A stretch of 64,000 bases of DNA, taken from a bacterium. GTDB taxonomy: Bacteria > UBA8248 > JACPRG01 > G963555815. The DNA is taken from contig CBDHDG010000005.1 of NCBI GenBank assembly GCA_965261595.1, positions 544,001-608,000 of the forward strand. Direction: 5' to 3'. The position numbers and the translations under genes were made by a program. A model generated the notes under the pieces. It did not search any database and had not been told where the DNA came from. It saw nothing but the letters and a program-made list of their open reading frames with translations. Below are positions 10,549-19,977 of the stretch, piece after piece. Position 1 is the stretch's first letter. Each line of letters starts with the position of its first letter.

Positions 10549-11504
10549 GGTTCTTCCCTCCGCTCGGCGGATCGCAGCAGAGCGCTTCGGGACCGGGGAT
10601 TCTCTCCGATCTCGGATTCGCTCGGCCTCAGCGGCCGCTTCGTCAGGATATCGAGAAGGCGCGCCCCCCCCCCCCCGGGCTCGCCGAAGGGGGACCGGTC
10701 CGGGCCCTCGATTCCGGTCGCCAGACGCCGGAAGGTCTGCTTGACCTGCCTGTCTTCCAGCGAATGGTAGGCGAGAACGGCGATCCGTCCTCCGGGGCGC
10801 AGACGGGAAATCGCGTCCTCCAGCGCCGCCGGCAGGACGTCCAACTCGTGGTTCACGGCGATCCGAAGGGCCTGAAAGGTGCGGGTCGCCGGATGCCGCC
10901 GCGGAGGCCAAAACCGGGCGGGGATGGCTGACGCGACGATTGAGGCCAACTCATCCGTGTTTCGAATGGGCGATGTTCGGCGAACCCGGACAATGGACTG
11001 GGCGATCCGCTTCGAGAATCGCTCTTCACCGAAGGTCTTGAAGATCTCTTGCAGATCCTCGGCCGAGAGGTCGTTTACGAGATTCGCGGCTGTGATATCC
11101 TGATCCCGGTCCATCCGCATGTCCAATGGACCCGGATGCGTCCAGCCGAAGCCGCGCTCCGGTTCGTCCACTTGGGGCGAGGACATTCCCAGGTCGAACA
11201 GGGCCCCGTCGATGCGGTCGATGCCGAGGTCGTCCAGGGCCGCCGACAGATTGGAGAAATTATCCTTGACCAGGGTGACCCGGCCGCCGAAGCGGTAAAG
11301 CCGGGTCCGGGTGAAATCCAGGGCCTCGGCGTCTCGGTCCATGCCCACCAGCGTCAGGTCCGGATCGCCCGCATCGAGGAGGGTCTCGGCGTGCCCGCCA
11401 TAGCCCACCGTCGCGTCCAGGAAGATCCCCCCTCCCCTCCCCGGAAGGAGGAGATCCAGCGTCCTCTCAACCATGACGGGACGGTGGGGGTCTTGCACGG
11501 TCAT
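10545..11504 (-). CDS. rsmH: 16S rRNA m4C1402 methyltransferase
   Basis: HRPVM, DATVGYGGH, DLGMSSPQ, LDMRMD, ATRTFQALRIAVN, HSLEDR, NPRSRSA. Confidence 0.97.
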   Translation of the reverse strand: MTVQDPHRPVMVERTLDLLLPGRGGGIFLDATVGYGGHAETLLDAGDPDLTLVGMDRDAEALDFTRTRLYRFGGRVTLVKDNFSNLSAALDDLGIDRIDGALFDLGMSSPQVDEPERGFGWTHPGPLDMRMDRDQDITAANLVNDLSAEDLQEIFKTFGEERFSKRIAQSIVRVRRTSPIRNTDELASIVASAIPARFWPPRRHPATRTFQALRIAVNHELDVLPAALEDAISRLRPGGRIAVLAYHSLEDRQVKQTFRRLATGIEGPDRSPFGEPGGGGARLLDILTKRPLRPSESEIGENPRSRSALLRSAERREEP

Positions 11505-11579
11505 GATTTCCAGTGCGGCCAGGAGGGTTGGCATGGTCCCGTCTCTCTGGAGAGGGGTCGTTGTCTTGGGCCGGTTTTC

Positions 11580-12017
11580 TCAGAAACCGATGCCCGAGTT
11601 CTCGGCAATTTCCACCATCCGGTCCTGAGAAGGCTGGACTTCCTGATCCCAGCGCTCCCGGCTCCAGATCTCGAACTTCGGTCCGATGCCGGACATGTAG
11701 ACCTCTTTCTCCAGCCCGGCGCCGGTTCGGAGGTGTTCGGGAATGAGGACGCGGCCCTGTCCATCGACCTGACAATCGGCGGCGTTGGCGTAGAACATCC
11801 GGAGGAAATTGCGGACGTCCTGCCGGCTGGTGTCCAGCTCGCGCGCCTTGCGCTCCACTTCCTGCCATTCGTCCATCGGGTAGGCGACCAGGCAGCGCCC
11901 GAACAGCGTGATGACGATCTGGTTTGTGCCCCTGGAGGTGAGGCCGTCCCGAAATTTGGAAGGCACACTGAGCCTTCCTTTGGGATCCAATTTGACTTGG
12001 TGCTTCCCGATGAACAT
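11580..12017 (-). CDS. mraZ: Transcriptional regulator MraZ
   Basis: MFIGKHQVKLDPKGRLSVP and VDGQGRVLIP (two DxxGR motifs); first gene of dcw. Confidence 0.97.
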   Translation of the reverse strand: MFIGKHQVKLDPKGRLSVPSKFRDGLTSRGTNQIVITLFGRCLVAYPMDEWQEVERKARELDTSRQDVRNFLRMFYANAADCQVDGQGRVLIPEHLRTGAGLEKEVYMSGIGPKFEIWSRERWDQEVQPSQDRMVEIAENSGIGF

Positions 12018-12028
12018 GATGGATTTTC

Positions 12029-12063
12029 CCCACTTCCACCCACTTTGTACCGATCTATCCCAA
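12029..12063 (-). promoter_or_regulatory. MraZ-binding (dcw box) repeats
   Basis: Minus strand TTGGG/TCGGT/GTGGG/GTGGG at exact 10-nt period (12059-63, 12049-53, 12039-43, 12029-33) just upstream of mraZ; matches known TGGG-N5 MraZ operators. Confidence 0.75.
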
Positions 12064-12064
12064 A

Positions 12065-12093
12065 ATAATGGCACCGCGCGGTATCCCTGTCAA
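12065..12093 (-). promoter_or_regulatory. sigma70-type dcw promoter
   Basis: TTGACA (12093-12088), 17-nt spacer, CATTAT (12070-12065) preceded by TGn. Confidence 0.65.
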
Positions 12094-12376
12094 GGGAGAA
12101 ACCCGATTATTTTGACGAAAATTAGACAAATATCCTAAGCGTTTCACAAAATTATTTTCCGCGTTTCGGGGTGCCGGATTGCGGGTTGGATGGTTCTCTT
12201 TTTCACCTTCTTACAATCGAATTATAAACCTTGGATACGGTTCCGGTGTGGCGGGAAATATCCTTCATTGAGTAGGGTTGTGCTCAACGCCTCTATCTCA
12301 TTGAAATAGGAAGGCCTGGGTCTGTTGCGCTGTTTGACGACGAAGCGCCGCTTCGGTTTCCGACGCATTTAGAAAT

Positions 12377-12392
12377 CGCAAAGGGCGTACCA
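12377..12392 (-). promoter_or_regulatory. Candidate sigma54 (-24/-12) promoter
   Basis: Minus strand TGGTAC-GCCCT-TTGCG vs consensus TGGCAC-N5-TTGC. Confidence 0.45.
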
Positions 12393-12512
12393 ATGGGAGG
12401 CAACGGAGTGCGGGGGGGGGGGAGGGAGGGGGCGCGAAGCAGGGTGGAACCCTTGTGGAAGATGGCGTGGCGGCCGCCACCAGGTGAAATGGGAATCCTT
12501 CCCGGGGCCGGC

Positions 12513-12548
12513 AAAAGAAAAAGGGAGGGTCCATGGCCCCTCCCTTTT
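12513..12548 (-). terminator. Rho-independent terminator of the cytochrome c gene (possibly bidirectional)
   Basis: AAAAGGGAGGG...CCCTCCCTTTT hairpin; on minus strand followed by TTTTTCTTTT; about 40 nt after the stop at 12589. Confidence 0.8.
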
Positions 12549-12588
12549 GTAGATTGAATTCGGGTTGAGACTCAGCGCGCCGAGCGTC

Positions 12589-13062
12589 TCATTTCTTTTT
12601 CGGCGGGATGTGGCGCACCTTGCGGACCGCGGGCAGCGGTTTCAGGGTGCGCAGGTAGGCGACGATGGCGTTCAGGTCCTCCCGGGTGATGTTCTTGTAC
12701 CAGTTATACGCCATCGGCGGGAGCATCTTCGCGCCGTCCTTGCGGACGCCGTTCGTGATGGCGATCTTGATCTGCCGGTCCGTCCAGTCGCCGATGCCCG
12801 TCTTCTTGTCGGGCGTGAGATTGGCCGAGAAGATCGTCCCCCAGGGACCGTGGAAGGGGAAGCCGCCGGCGCTCTTCCTACTCATGTCGCGTCCGCGCTT
12901 GCCCATGGGCGTGTGGCAATCCAGGCAGTGGCTGATGGCCACCAGGTATTCACCGTACTTGACCTTGTCAGCCCTCGAAACGTCGGGCACGCTGCCCAAG
13001 GGTGGGCCATAGGCCGGGGGAAGCGGTATGCGATAAACCGATTTTTTGACCTTGTTCTTGAT
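12589..13062 (-). pseudogene. C-terminal remnant of a (probably diheme) c-type cytochrome, truncated by IS
   Basis: YGEYL...CLDCH, SANLTPD..TGIGDW, PPM, DLNAIVAYLRTL; similarity stops at the IS end 13063; no native start or signal peptide. Confidence 0.8.
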
Positions 13063-13150
13063 TGACCTGCCCCCCTGAAACCGGTCCGGTTTGAGAGTTA
13101 GGATTTTCGCACGGCTTTCGGGACTGGATTGGCCTAGAAAGGGGGCAGTG

Positions 13151-13429
13151 ATGAGTCGGAAGCGATTCACCGCGGAGCAGATCATCCACAAGCTTCGTCA
13201 GGCCGAGGTGGAGTTGGCCAATGGGCAGAGGATGGCTCAGGTCTGCAAGACGCTGGGGATCTCCGAGCAGACCTATTACCGGTGGCGGCGGGAGTACGGA
13301 GGCCTGCGCCTGGACCAGGCGAAACGACTGAAGACACTGGAGCAGGAAAACGCCCGGCTAAAGAAGCTGGTGGCCGAGCAGGCCCTGGATAACGCCATCT
13401 TGAAGGAGGCCTCCCAGGGAAACTTCTGA
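13151..13429 (+). CDS. IS3-family OrfA (HTH)
   Basis: MSRKRFTAEQII...LGISEQTYYRWRREYGG...LEQENARLKKLVAE. Confidence 0.92.
   Translation: MSRKRFTAEQIIHKLRQAEVELANGQRMAQVCKTLGISEQTYYRWRREYGGLRLDQAKRLKTLEQENARLKKLVAEQALDNAILKEASQGNF
13417..13423 (+). other. -1 frameshift slippery heptamer G GGA AAC
   Basis: X XXY YYZ in orfA frame just before its stop; orfB is in the -1 frame (KLLSPPARRRAMEHV). Confidence 0.75.
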
Positions 13430-14243
13430 GCCCGCCTGCGCGGCGGCGGGCGATGGAGCATGTGCGGGAGAAGCTGAGCGTGTCCGAACGTCGCGCCTGC
13501 CGGGTGCTGGGTCAGGCCCGCTCGACTCAGCGGCGCTCTGCCCAGGTCCCTGACGATGAGGCCCGTTTGGTGGCGCGGGTGACAGAGCTGGCGAGCGAGT
13601 ACGGACGGTACGGCTACCGGAGGATAACGGCTCTGTTGGAAAGAGAAGGCTGGCGAGTGAATCACAAGGGGGTGGAGCGGATCTGGCGCCAGGAAGGCCT
13701 GAAGGCGCCGAAGAGACAGCCCAAGCGAGGGCGTTTATGGCTGAACGACGGCTCTTGTGTTCGCAAGCGTCCGTCTTATCGGAATCATGTGTGGTCCTAC
13801 GACTTCCTGGCCGCGAGGACGCACGATGGGCGGCCTTTACGGATGCTGGCTGTGATGGATGAGTTGACCCGGGAGCGCTTGGCCCTTGATGTAGAGAGAA
13901 GACTCAACTCCGAGGACGTCCTGGACCGCCTCACCGAGTTGTTCGTCCGGCGTGGCCTGCCGGCTTATATCCGCTCGGACAACGGGGCGGAGTTCACGGC
14001 GAATGCGGTGAGAGGGTGGCTCACCCGTCTTGGGGTGAGAACGCTTTACATCGAGCGGGGCAGTCCCTGGGAGAACGGCTATGTGGAGTCCTTCATCGGC
14101 AAGCTGCGCGATGAGCTGCTCAACGGGGAGATCTTCTCCCAGATATCCCATATGGATCATAACTTTTGTCGGACCGGAGGACATTTTCTGGAGTAAAATC
14201 AATGCATGAGCCTCCCCGAGCCATCCTCTCGCGGGGTAATCCA

Positions 14244-14509
14244 ATGGGTGAAGCGAAAAAGTGGGCGTTGAAGGTCCGTTTTGAGCGTCGGCTGAGGCTT
14301 GAGTTTCACGGAACCAGAATGACTTCGGATGCGGGATTGCTGGCCTGCCGAGAGGGATCAAGCACTGGTCGTTACGCGGCCTTCAGCTTAAGCTCCTCAA
14401 AATGGGCGGCCGGCTCGTGCGGTACGCCCGCCACATCACCTTCTAGTTGGCCGAGGTCGGTGTATCCAGGAAGACATTTGCCCTTATCTTGGAGAGAATC
14501 AAGCGATGA
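14244..14509 (+). pseudogene. Internally deleted IS1380-family transposase remnant
   Basis: N-terminus [37 protein letters not shown] joined out of frame to C-terminus GIKHWSLRGLQLKLLKMGGRLVRYARHITF*LAEV, both paralogous to the neighbouring transposase. Confidence 0.85.
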
Positions 14510-14747
14510 TGCCCGGTGGCCTGTCTAGCGACCCTAAGCGGAGTCCACACAAGGGCAAAATGACGAAGACTCCAAACCTGGTGGTCAAGCCCGTTTACAC
14601 GCCGGCGCTGACATGGTTTTCCAATGGCGGATACCGCTCCGATCAGGGTTTCAGGCGCCCGAAATGGTGTTGACAGCCCCGGTAAAGAGGGCTCTAATTG
14701 AGTTAAAGAGCAACGGGTGGTCAATACAAGAGTTGTCTTGATTTAAA

Positions 14748-16442
14748 CCGGGATTTCCCAGATGACCACTCTTAGCCATCCTGCGGTCCTCCTGTGTCAT
14801 CAAAGTACCCCATTTTACTACAGATTCAGGGTCTCTTTGCAGAACCCTCTGCTCAATCGAGGGGCAACGGCCGTCCTAAAGCCGCAATCCCTTGAAAACC
14901 CAGCTCTACCGGCACACTCAGGGGAGTTCGGCACAGACTGATCCCCCGTCTCCACCACGTCACTAAGCTTCCGGGCCATCTGCTCCGTCATCCGGTATCT
15001 GGTACGGGAGGCGGTAACCACAACCGTCGAATTCGTTCAAGGATTGCCCTGAACAGTTGACGCGGCACGGCCACCTCGGCCATCTGGAAGGTGGTGTGCC
15101 GGGCGTGGGTGACCACCTTGGCCCCAATCTTAATCAGCTTCTCGCGTAACGTCGTCAGCGACCAGTGCTTCACCGCTCTGGGCAACGCCAGCCGCCGCAG
15201 GAAGTTTGCCAGGTTGTACGCCAAGGCAAATAGTTGCAAGCGAACCTGGTTCTCTTCAAAGCCGTGGCAGGACAGGCGCGTCCAGTTCAGGGCGTACTTG
15301 CCCTCCTTGATCCACTGCTCCGCCGTCCCACGCTGGTTGTAGAACCTCACGACGTTCTCTTCCCGCCAGTGCAGGTTGGTCACGATGAAGCTGACTCTTG
15401 GAAACAACTCGCCCTGGTGCCACTCGACCGCCACCACCACCCGGCGAGGCTTCTCCCAACTAGCCGCCTGATAGGAGACGCTGTGGTAGAAGATAATGGG
15501 CCTTTTGGGCGGTCGGCCAACCGGCCGGGTCAGAAGGCATTCGATGTCCCTGTACAAGATGGCGTTGGCCGGAAGCCGAATCGCATAGGAGTAGCCCTCC
15601 GCCTCAAGGTATCGGTACACCTCCGGCTTGGCAAATGCCGCGTCGCCTCGAAAAAACCGACAGACCTTCGCATCCCGGTAGCGAGCTACCACCGGCTCCA
15701 ATACAGACCACCAGTCATCAGCGCTGTGGACCTTGCCGTTGCGCAACAGCGCCCGCTCCAGATCGCCAAACTGGTTGAAGCAAAACAGTGGGTGATAGCA
15801 GGTGCAGCCGAAGTGGCCGTTGTAGGAAGAGCCTTCCTGCTCACCGTGGGTCGGGCTGACCGAACTGTCCATGTCCAGGATCAGCTTGCGAATCGGCTTG
15901 CGTTTGCGGACACGATCCACCAACACACCGGGCAGACCGCTCAGCGCCTTGAGGGGTTAAGGGGCCGGGTGAGGGTCTGCGTCTCGAATCGGCTCATCTG
16001 GCTGGTGGAGGCAGCGGTGTGATACTTCGCTCGCCCCCCAACCACCTGACGCATGGCGGGATCGACACAGAGCCGCTCGGCATCATTGGTGTCTTTATAT
16101 CCTGCCAGGCGGCTGTAGACCGACTGGCGCACCAAAGCGGTGAGGCTGTGCCGGGTGTTCCCGCCCGTCCGTGAATCGGACAGAAACCCCTCGGCCGCCT
16201 TCGTCAGCCCCAACACCTCATCCAGTTCACGATAGGCAAGCAAACCGGCGTCACTCGTAACCTTTGCTCCGTGAAACTCCAGCATGAGCCGACCGTCGAA
16301 TTGGAGCCTCAACGGCCTCTTTTTCGCTTCACCCATCGGGTCCCCTCGCAAGATGATGGCAGGGAGAGGCCAACACCTTGATTTTACACGAGAAAACGGC
16401 CTTCGGGGCGTTAAAAATTATCATCCATATGGGAAATGCGGG
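14748..16442 (-). mobile_element. IS1380-family insertion sequence (about 1.7 kb)
   Basis: IR CCGGGATTTCCCAGATG at 14748 vs CCCGCATTTCCCATATG at 16442, enclosing the transposase. Confidence 0.88.
14988..16336 (-). pseudogene. IS1380-family DDE transposase, frameshifted near 15955
   Basis: TSDAGLL, LDMDSS, RGDAAF, YNQRGTAEQWIKEGK; two ORFs (15941-16351 and 14988-15926) join if the C-run at 15953-15956 is corrected. Confidence 0.88.
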
Positions 16443-16846
16443 CTTCTACACCCTGACAGAGGCCAAGGTGTTGGTGGAGAGATGGCGACAACTCTACAAC
16501 CGGGTAAGGCCCCATAGTGCCTTGGGCTACCGGCCCCCGGCGCCGGAGGCCATCGAACCAATGCCTCCGGGCATCCCTACACTTTCGGATATCGGGGAGA
16601 AGAGACTAACTCAAAAAGTGGTACAACTTTAGGGGGCGGGTCAGCGTAGATCCGTGTTACTTCCAGGGTGCCCATTTGCCAATGAAATTGGGCTAAAATC
16701 GCTCAATAATTATTACGCGAACTTTTGCAACTAAGCACTAGAGAACTCAATGAGATTCGACAACTCATAATATAGGTTCGAGGTGAGGGGATTCACCTCA
16801 CTTTATTCCGCTCAGGGGTTCTATTCAGATGGGGTGCAGAAGGCGG

Positions 16847-17611
16847 TCATTCGAAGATGTAGCTGAACCGCTCTGTCGTCCCCCGCTCCTCATGCCACGC
16901 GGGCGCTTTGATGGAATGCCCCGTTCCCTCCAGCTCGGTCAGGACGTAGAGCAGCGGCCCGACGGTGTGGTCGGGGTTCCAACACTGCTGGCCTACGAAG
17001 TAGGGTCTCGGCGAGTTTCTCTGGAAATTGGTGTACGCCAAGCCCGGACACAGGGCGTTCACGCGGATGCCGTTGCCTTTCTCCAAGGCGGACAGGCTCC
17101 AGGAGATCCCCTCGACCGCATACTTGGTTGTCGTGTAGGGAATGCTGCGGATGTGCGTGAAGCCGATGCGCGCCGTCGTGGAAGAGATGTTCACGATGTG
17201 GCCGGATTTGCGCTTGCGCATATGAGGGATGATCTCGCGCGTGCAGAGGAACACGCCGTTGACGTTGACGTCGTAAACCGCCTTCCAATCCTCGAACGCG
17301 ACTTCGGTGTAATCGCAGCTTGGCCCCGACACGCCCGCGTTGTTGACGAGGACATCGATTTGGCCGGTTTGCTCCAAGGTTCTGCCGACCATCTCTTTCA
17401 CTTGGGCCTCGTCCGTTACGTCCGTCCCGGCGGCGATGGCTGAGCCGCCCTCCGCTTCGATGTCCGAGACGACCCGCTCCGCCTCCCCGACGTCCCGGTC
17501 GGCCACGGTCACAAAGGCGCCCTCTTTCGCGACCGCCCGGCTCATGTTCTCGCCGAAACCCCTGCCGCCCCCGGTGATGATCACGGTTTGTCCGGCCAGA
17601 CTGCTTGCCAT
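16847..17611 (-). CDS. SDR family oxidoreductase
   Basis: TGGGRGFG, NNAG, YTTTK, IRVNALCPG. Confidence 0.9.
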   Translation of the reverse strand: MASSLAGQTVIITGGGRGFGENMSRAVAKEGAFVTVADRDVGEAERVVSDIEAEGGSAIAAGTDVTDEAQVKEMVGRTLEQTGQIDVLVNNAGVSGPSCDYTEVAFEDWKAVYDVNVNGVFLCTREIIPHMRKRKSGHIVNISSTTARIGFTHIRSIPYTTTKYAVEGISWSLSALEKGNGIRVNALCPGLAYTNFQRNSPRPYFVGQQCWNPDHTVGPLLYVLTELEGTGHSIKAPAWHEERGTTERFSYIFE

Positions 17612-17647
17612 CTGAATTCCTCCGTCCTTCGTGGGTTTCCGGGAGGG

Positions 17648-18901
17648 TCAGGTCGATTGCGCTCGGGTTTGAATCTCGCGATGGACCGTCAGCATCCGGT
17701 CCGTGTTCAGGGAGATCGGGAACCGCTCCGCCAGCCGCCGGGCCGATAGCCCCATGGTCCGGCGCAGGTCTTCATCGAACAACCGCTCCAGCCTCGCGGC
17801 CAAGCCGTCCGCGTCCGTCGGGTCCTCCAGGATGAGCCCGGTCTCCCCTTCGGTCAGGATTTCCGATGCGCTGCAGGGCTGGCTCAGTATACAGGGAATC
17901 CCGCTCGCCAGGGCCTCCAGGGCGGCGAAGCCGAAGGGCTCGTACAGGGACGGGAGGACGAAGACGTCCGAGGCCCGGTATGCGTCCGCGGTTTGCGTCT
18001 CCTCTCCGGGGAATACGACGATTTTCTCCACGCCCAGCCGCCGCGCCATGCGCGCTGCCGCGGGCCTTCGTCCCGGGGGAGCGATGATCAGAACCCGGAG
18101 CCGCCTCGGTCCGTTTTGGAGCTTGGCCGCCGCGCGCAGGAGGTGAACCAGGCCCTTTCGGAAAAAGCCAGATCCGACGAACAGGACGACGAAATCGCCG
18201 GGATCGAGGCCGAGCGCTTTTCGAATCTCATCCTTTCTTCCGGGGTTTTCGGCGGGGGAGAACTCCTCGAGGTCGACGCCGTTGTAAATGACGGTGATGT
18301 CATCCTCGCCGAGGGCGCACCCCTCGTAAGGGGCGCTTTCCTCGGGCGCGCCGTAATGCCGGAGAATGTCCTCGCGGACCTTCCTCGAAATGGCCACGAC
18401 CCGCGTGGAGACCTGTTTGGAGAATATCCGCCGCTCGGTCGAGAGATGAAACGCGTGAAGCGGGTCCAGGCGTCTGGCCATCCGCGAGGCGGGCGGCAGG
18501 TGGGCCGCGGCCACCCGAAGCCACTCCCGGTGACATCCTTCGCCGGCCCGGTAAATCCCCCGAACGGGCGCCCGGTCGAAGTTGTAGACGGCATCGAACC
18601 GCTCGCCCCTGAGGGGCCCGCCCCGGAGGAGCTCGCCCCGAAGGGCATTCTCCACGCCGCGGGCGAAGCTCCACGCCTTGAGGACCGACAGGCCGCCCAG
18701 CCGGCCGACGGGGCGCCGGATGATCGATCCGGGCAGCGCCTCCCAATGGCGGGCGAAGAGGTGGACCTCGTGGCCCCTCGCGGCCAGGTCCCGGGCGAAT
18801 TCCCACACGTAGCGCTCGACCCCGCCGCGGCGGTGGGCGGCGATCCGCACGAGGGCGATCCGCAGGGGCCGGTCATCGTTCATGAGGGGGGCGTCCTCCA
18901 T
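17648..18901 (-). CDS. GT4 glycosyltransferase (WaaG/RfaG-like, LPS core)
   Basis: GGVERY, YNGVD, RKGL, YEPFGFAALEALASG; start may be 18883. Confidence 0.88.
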   Translation of the reverse strand: MEDAPLMNDDRPLRIALVRIAAHRRGGVERYVWEFARDLAARGHEVHLFARHWEALPGSIIRRPVGRLGGLSVLKAWSFARGVENALRGELLRGGPLRGERFDAVYNFDRAPVRGIYRAGEGCHREWLRVAAAHLPPASRMARRLDPLHAFHLSTERRIFSKQVSTRVVAISRKVREDILRHYGAPEESAPYEGCALGEDDITVIYNGVDLEEFSPAENPGRKDEIRKALGLDPGDFVVLFVGSGFFRKGLVHLLRAAAKLQNGPRRLRVLIIAPPGRRPAAARMARRLGVEKIVVFPGEETQTADAYRASDVFVLPSLYEPFGFAALEALASGIPCILSQPCSASEILTEGETGLILEDPTDADGLAARLERLFDEDLRRTMGLSARRLAERFPISLNTDRMLTVHREIQTRAQST

Positions 18902-18935
18902 CCGGAAGGGGCCGGGGGGGGAGGGGGGGGACCCG

Positions 18936-19943
18936 CTACCCCGACCCGCCGAGCATTTCCAGAAGGGTTTGCACCCGCCGCCGGTGGGTGTGATCCCGCA
19001 GGGCGCGCTCCATCGCCTTGCGGGACATCTCCGCCGTTTCGTCCGGGTGAGAGACGTGGTATTCGATGAGCCGCCGGAGGTCCGCCCGGTCGCGATAGGT
19101 GGCGATCTCCTCGCCGGGCGTGAAGAACTCGCCGATGTCCTCCTTGTGGTTGGTCAATTGGAACCCTCCGCTTCCGGCGATGCTGATCGAGCGGTCCTTC
19201 AGGCTGAAGACGCCGCCTCCCGGATGCTGCGGGTTCAGGTTGATCCTGGACGCCGCGTAGACCCGGACCTTGTCCTCATTGGGGAGGACGCCTTGGTAAC
19301 GCTCGCGAATCCAATCGCTCTTCACGTCTTTCCAGCGGCCCTTTCCCCAGATGCGGAGGTCCACCTTCGGCCCGACGATTCCGTCCATCAGGGCCACCCG
19401 GAAAGGGTAGGGCGATCCCACGAAGCTCACGTCGGCGCCGAACCGGCGGCGGTTCTCCTCGCTCAGGTCGGGCGGACGAAAGTACGCGGGGTCGTACCCG
19501 TGGGGCAGGTATCTTACGTGGTCGATCCCCTGTGCGCGCAGCTCCCGCTCGAAGTACCGGTCCTTCGTCAGGAAGAGCCGGTAGGCCTGGATCACTTCGA
19601 ACGGCAGGGGGGGATAGACGCCCGCCAGACCCCAGGGGTTGTCGTTGTAAAAGTTGACGGTGACGCAGGAGGTCTTCCGGTTTACGGTGTGAATGGTTTC
19701 GGCGGATACGTATCCCCCCCGGAAGACGAGGAGCAGGTCCGCCTTCCAATCGCGCACCCGCTCGACGAGGCGCTTGTTCATCCGGCGCACCCAGGCCTTC
19801 CGGAAGTTGGAGTAGGCGAAGCTCTTCTTCCGGTAGTAGAAAATCTCCGTCTCGTGGCCCAACTCGCATAAGGCCCGGTGATACCCGTATTGCTCGACGC
19901 CGGGGACGTTCGCGCGCTCGTTGGTGACGATGAGAATTCGCAT
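18936..19943 (-). CDS. CgeB-like GT-B glycosyltransferase
   Basis: YLPHGYDP, DVSFVGS..PFR, YAASRINLN, GGFQLT, EFFTPGEEI, DHTHRRR. Confidence 0.75.
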   Translation of the reverse strand: MRILIVTNERANVPGVEQYGYHRALCELGHETEIFYYRKKSFAYSNFRKAWVRRMNKRLVERVRDWKADLLLVFRGGYVSAETIHTVNRKTSCVTVNFYNDNPWGLAGVYPPLPFEVIQAYRLFLTKDRYFERELRAQGIDHVRYLPHGYDPAYFRPPDLSEENRRRFGADVSFVGSPYPFRVALMDGIVGPKVDLRIWGKGRWKDVKSDWIRERYQGVLPNEDKVRVYAASRINLNPQHPGGGVFSLKDRSISIAGSGGFQLTNHKEDIGEFFTPGEEIATYRDRADLRRLIEYHVSHPDETAEMSRKAMERALRDHTHRRRVQTLLEMLGGSG

Positions 19944-19977
19944 GCATCCATTCCGTTGATGAAAGGTCCGTTCGGAT

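Larger units (their letters stand above)
14138..16442. mobile_element. IS1380-family composite transposition unit with 5-bp TSD CTTCT
   Basis: CTTCT at 14133-14137 and 16443-16447; outer ends CCCAGATATCCCATATGGAT and revcomp CCCGCATTTCCCATATGGAT. Confidence 0.88.
13417..16632 (+). pseudogene. IS3-family OrfB DDE transposase, split (13417-14137 and 16448-16632)
   Basis: WSYDF, RSDNGAEF, YVESF; ELLNGEIF continues as YTLTEAKVLVERWRQLYNRVRPHSALGYRPP after the insert. Confidence 0.9.
13063..16643 (+). mobile_element. IS3 family (IS407 group) element, interrupted by an IS1380 unit
   Basis: IRL TGACCTGCCCCCC (13063) and IRR revcomp TGACCCGCCCCCT (16643); orfA/orfB; 1271 bp after removing the insert and one TSD copy. 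Confidence 0.92.

Noticed and set aside
12589..13191. 200-aa cytochrome ORF starting inside the IS
   Set aside because: The first 43 codons are antisense IS sequence with no signal peptide; unlikely to give a functional cytochrome
15941..15960. Programmed frameshift in the IS1380 transposase
   Set aside because: IS1380 transposases are single-ORF; more likely a mutation or sequencing error in a short C-run
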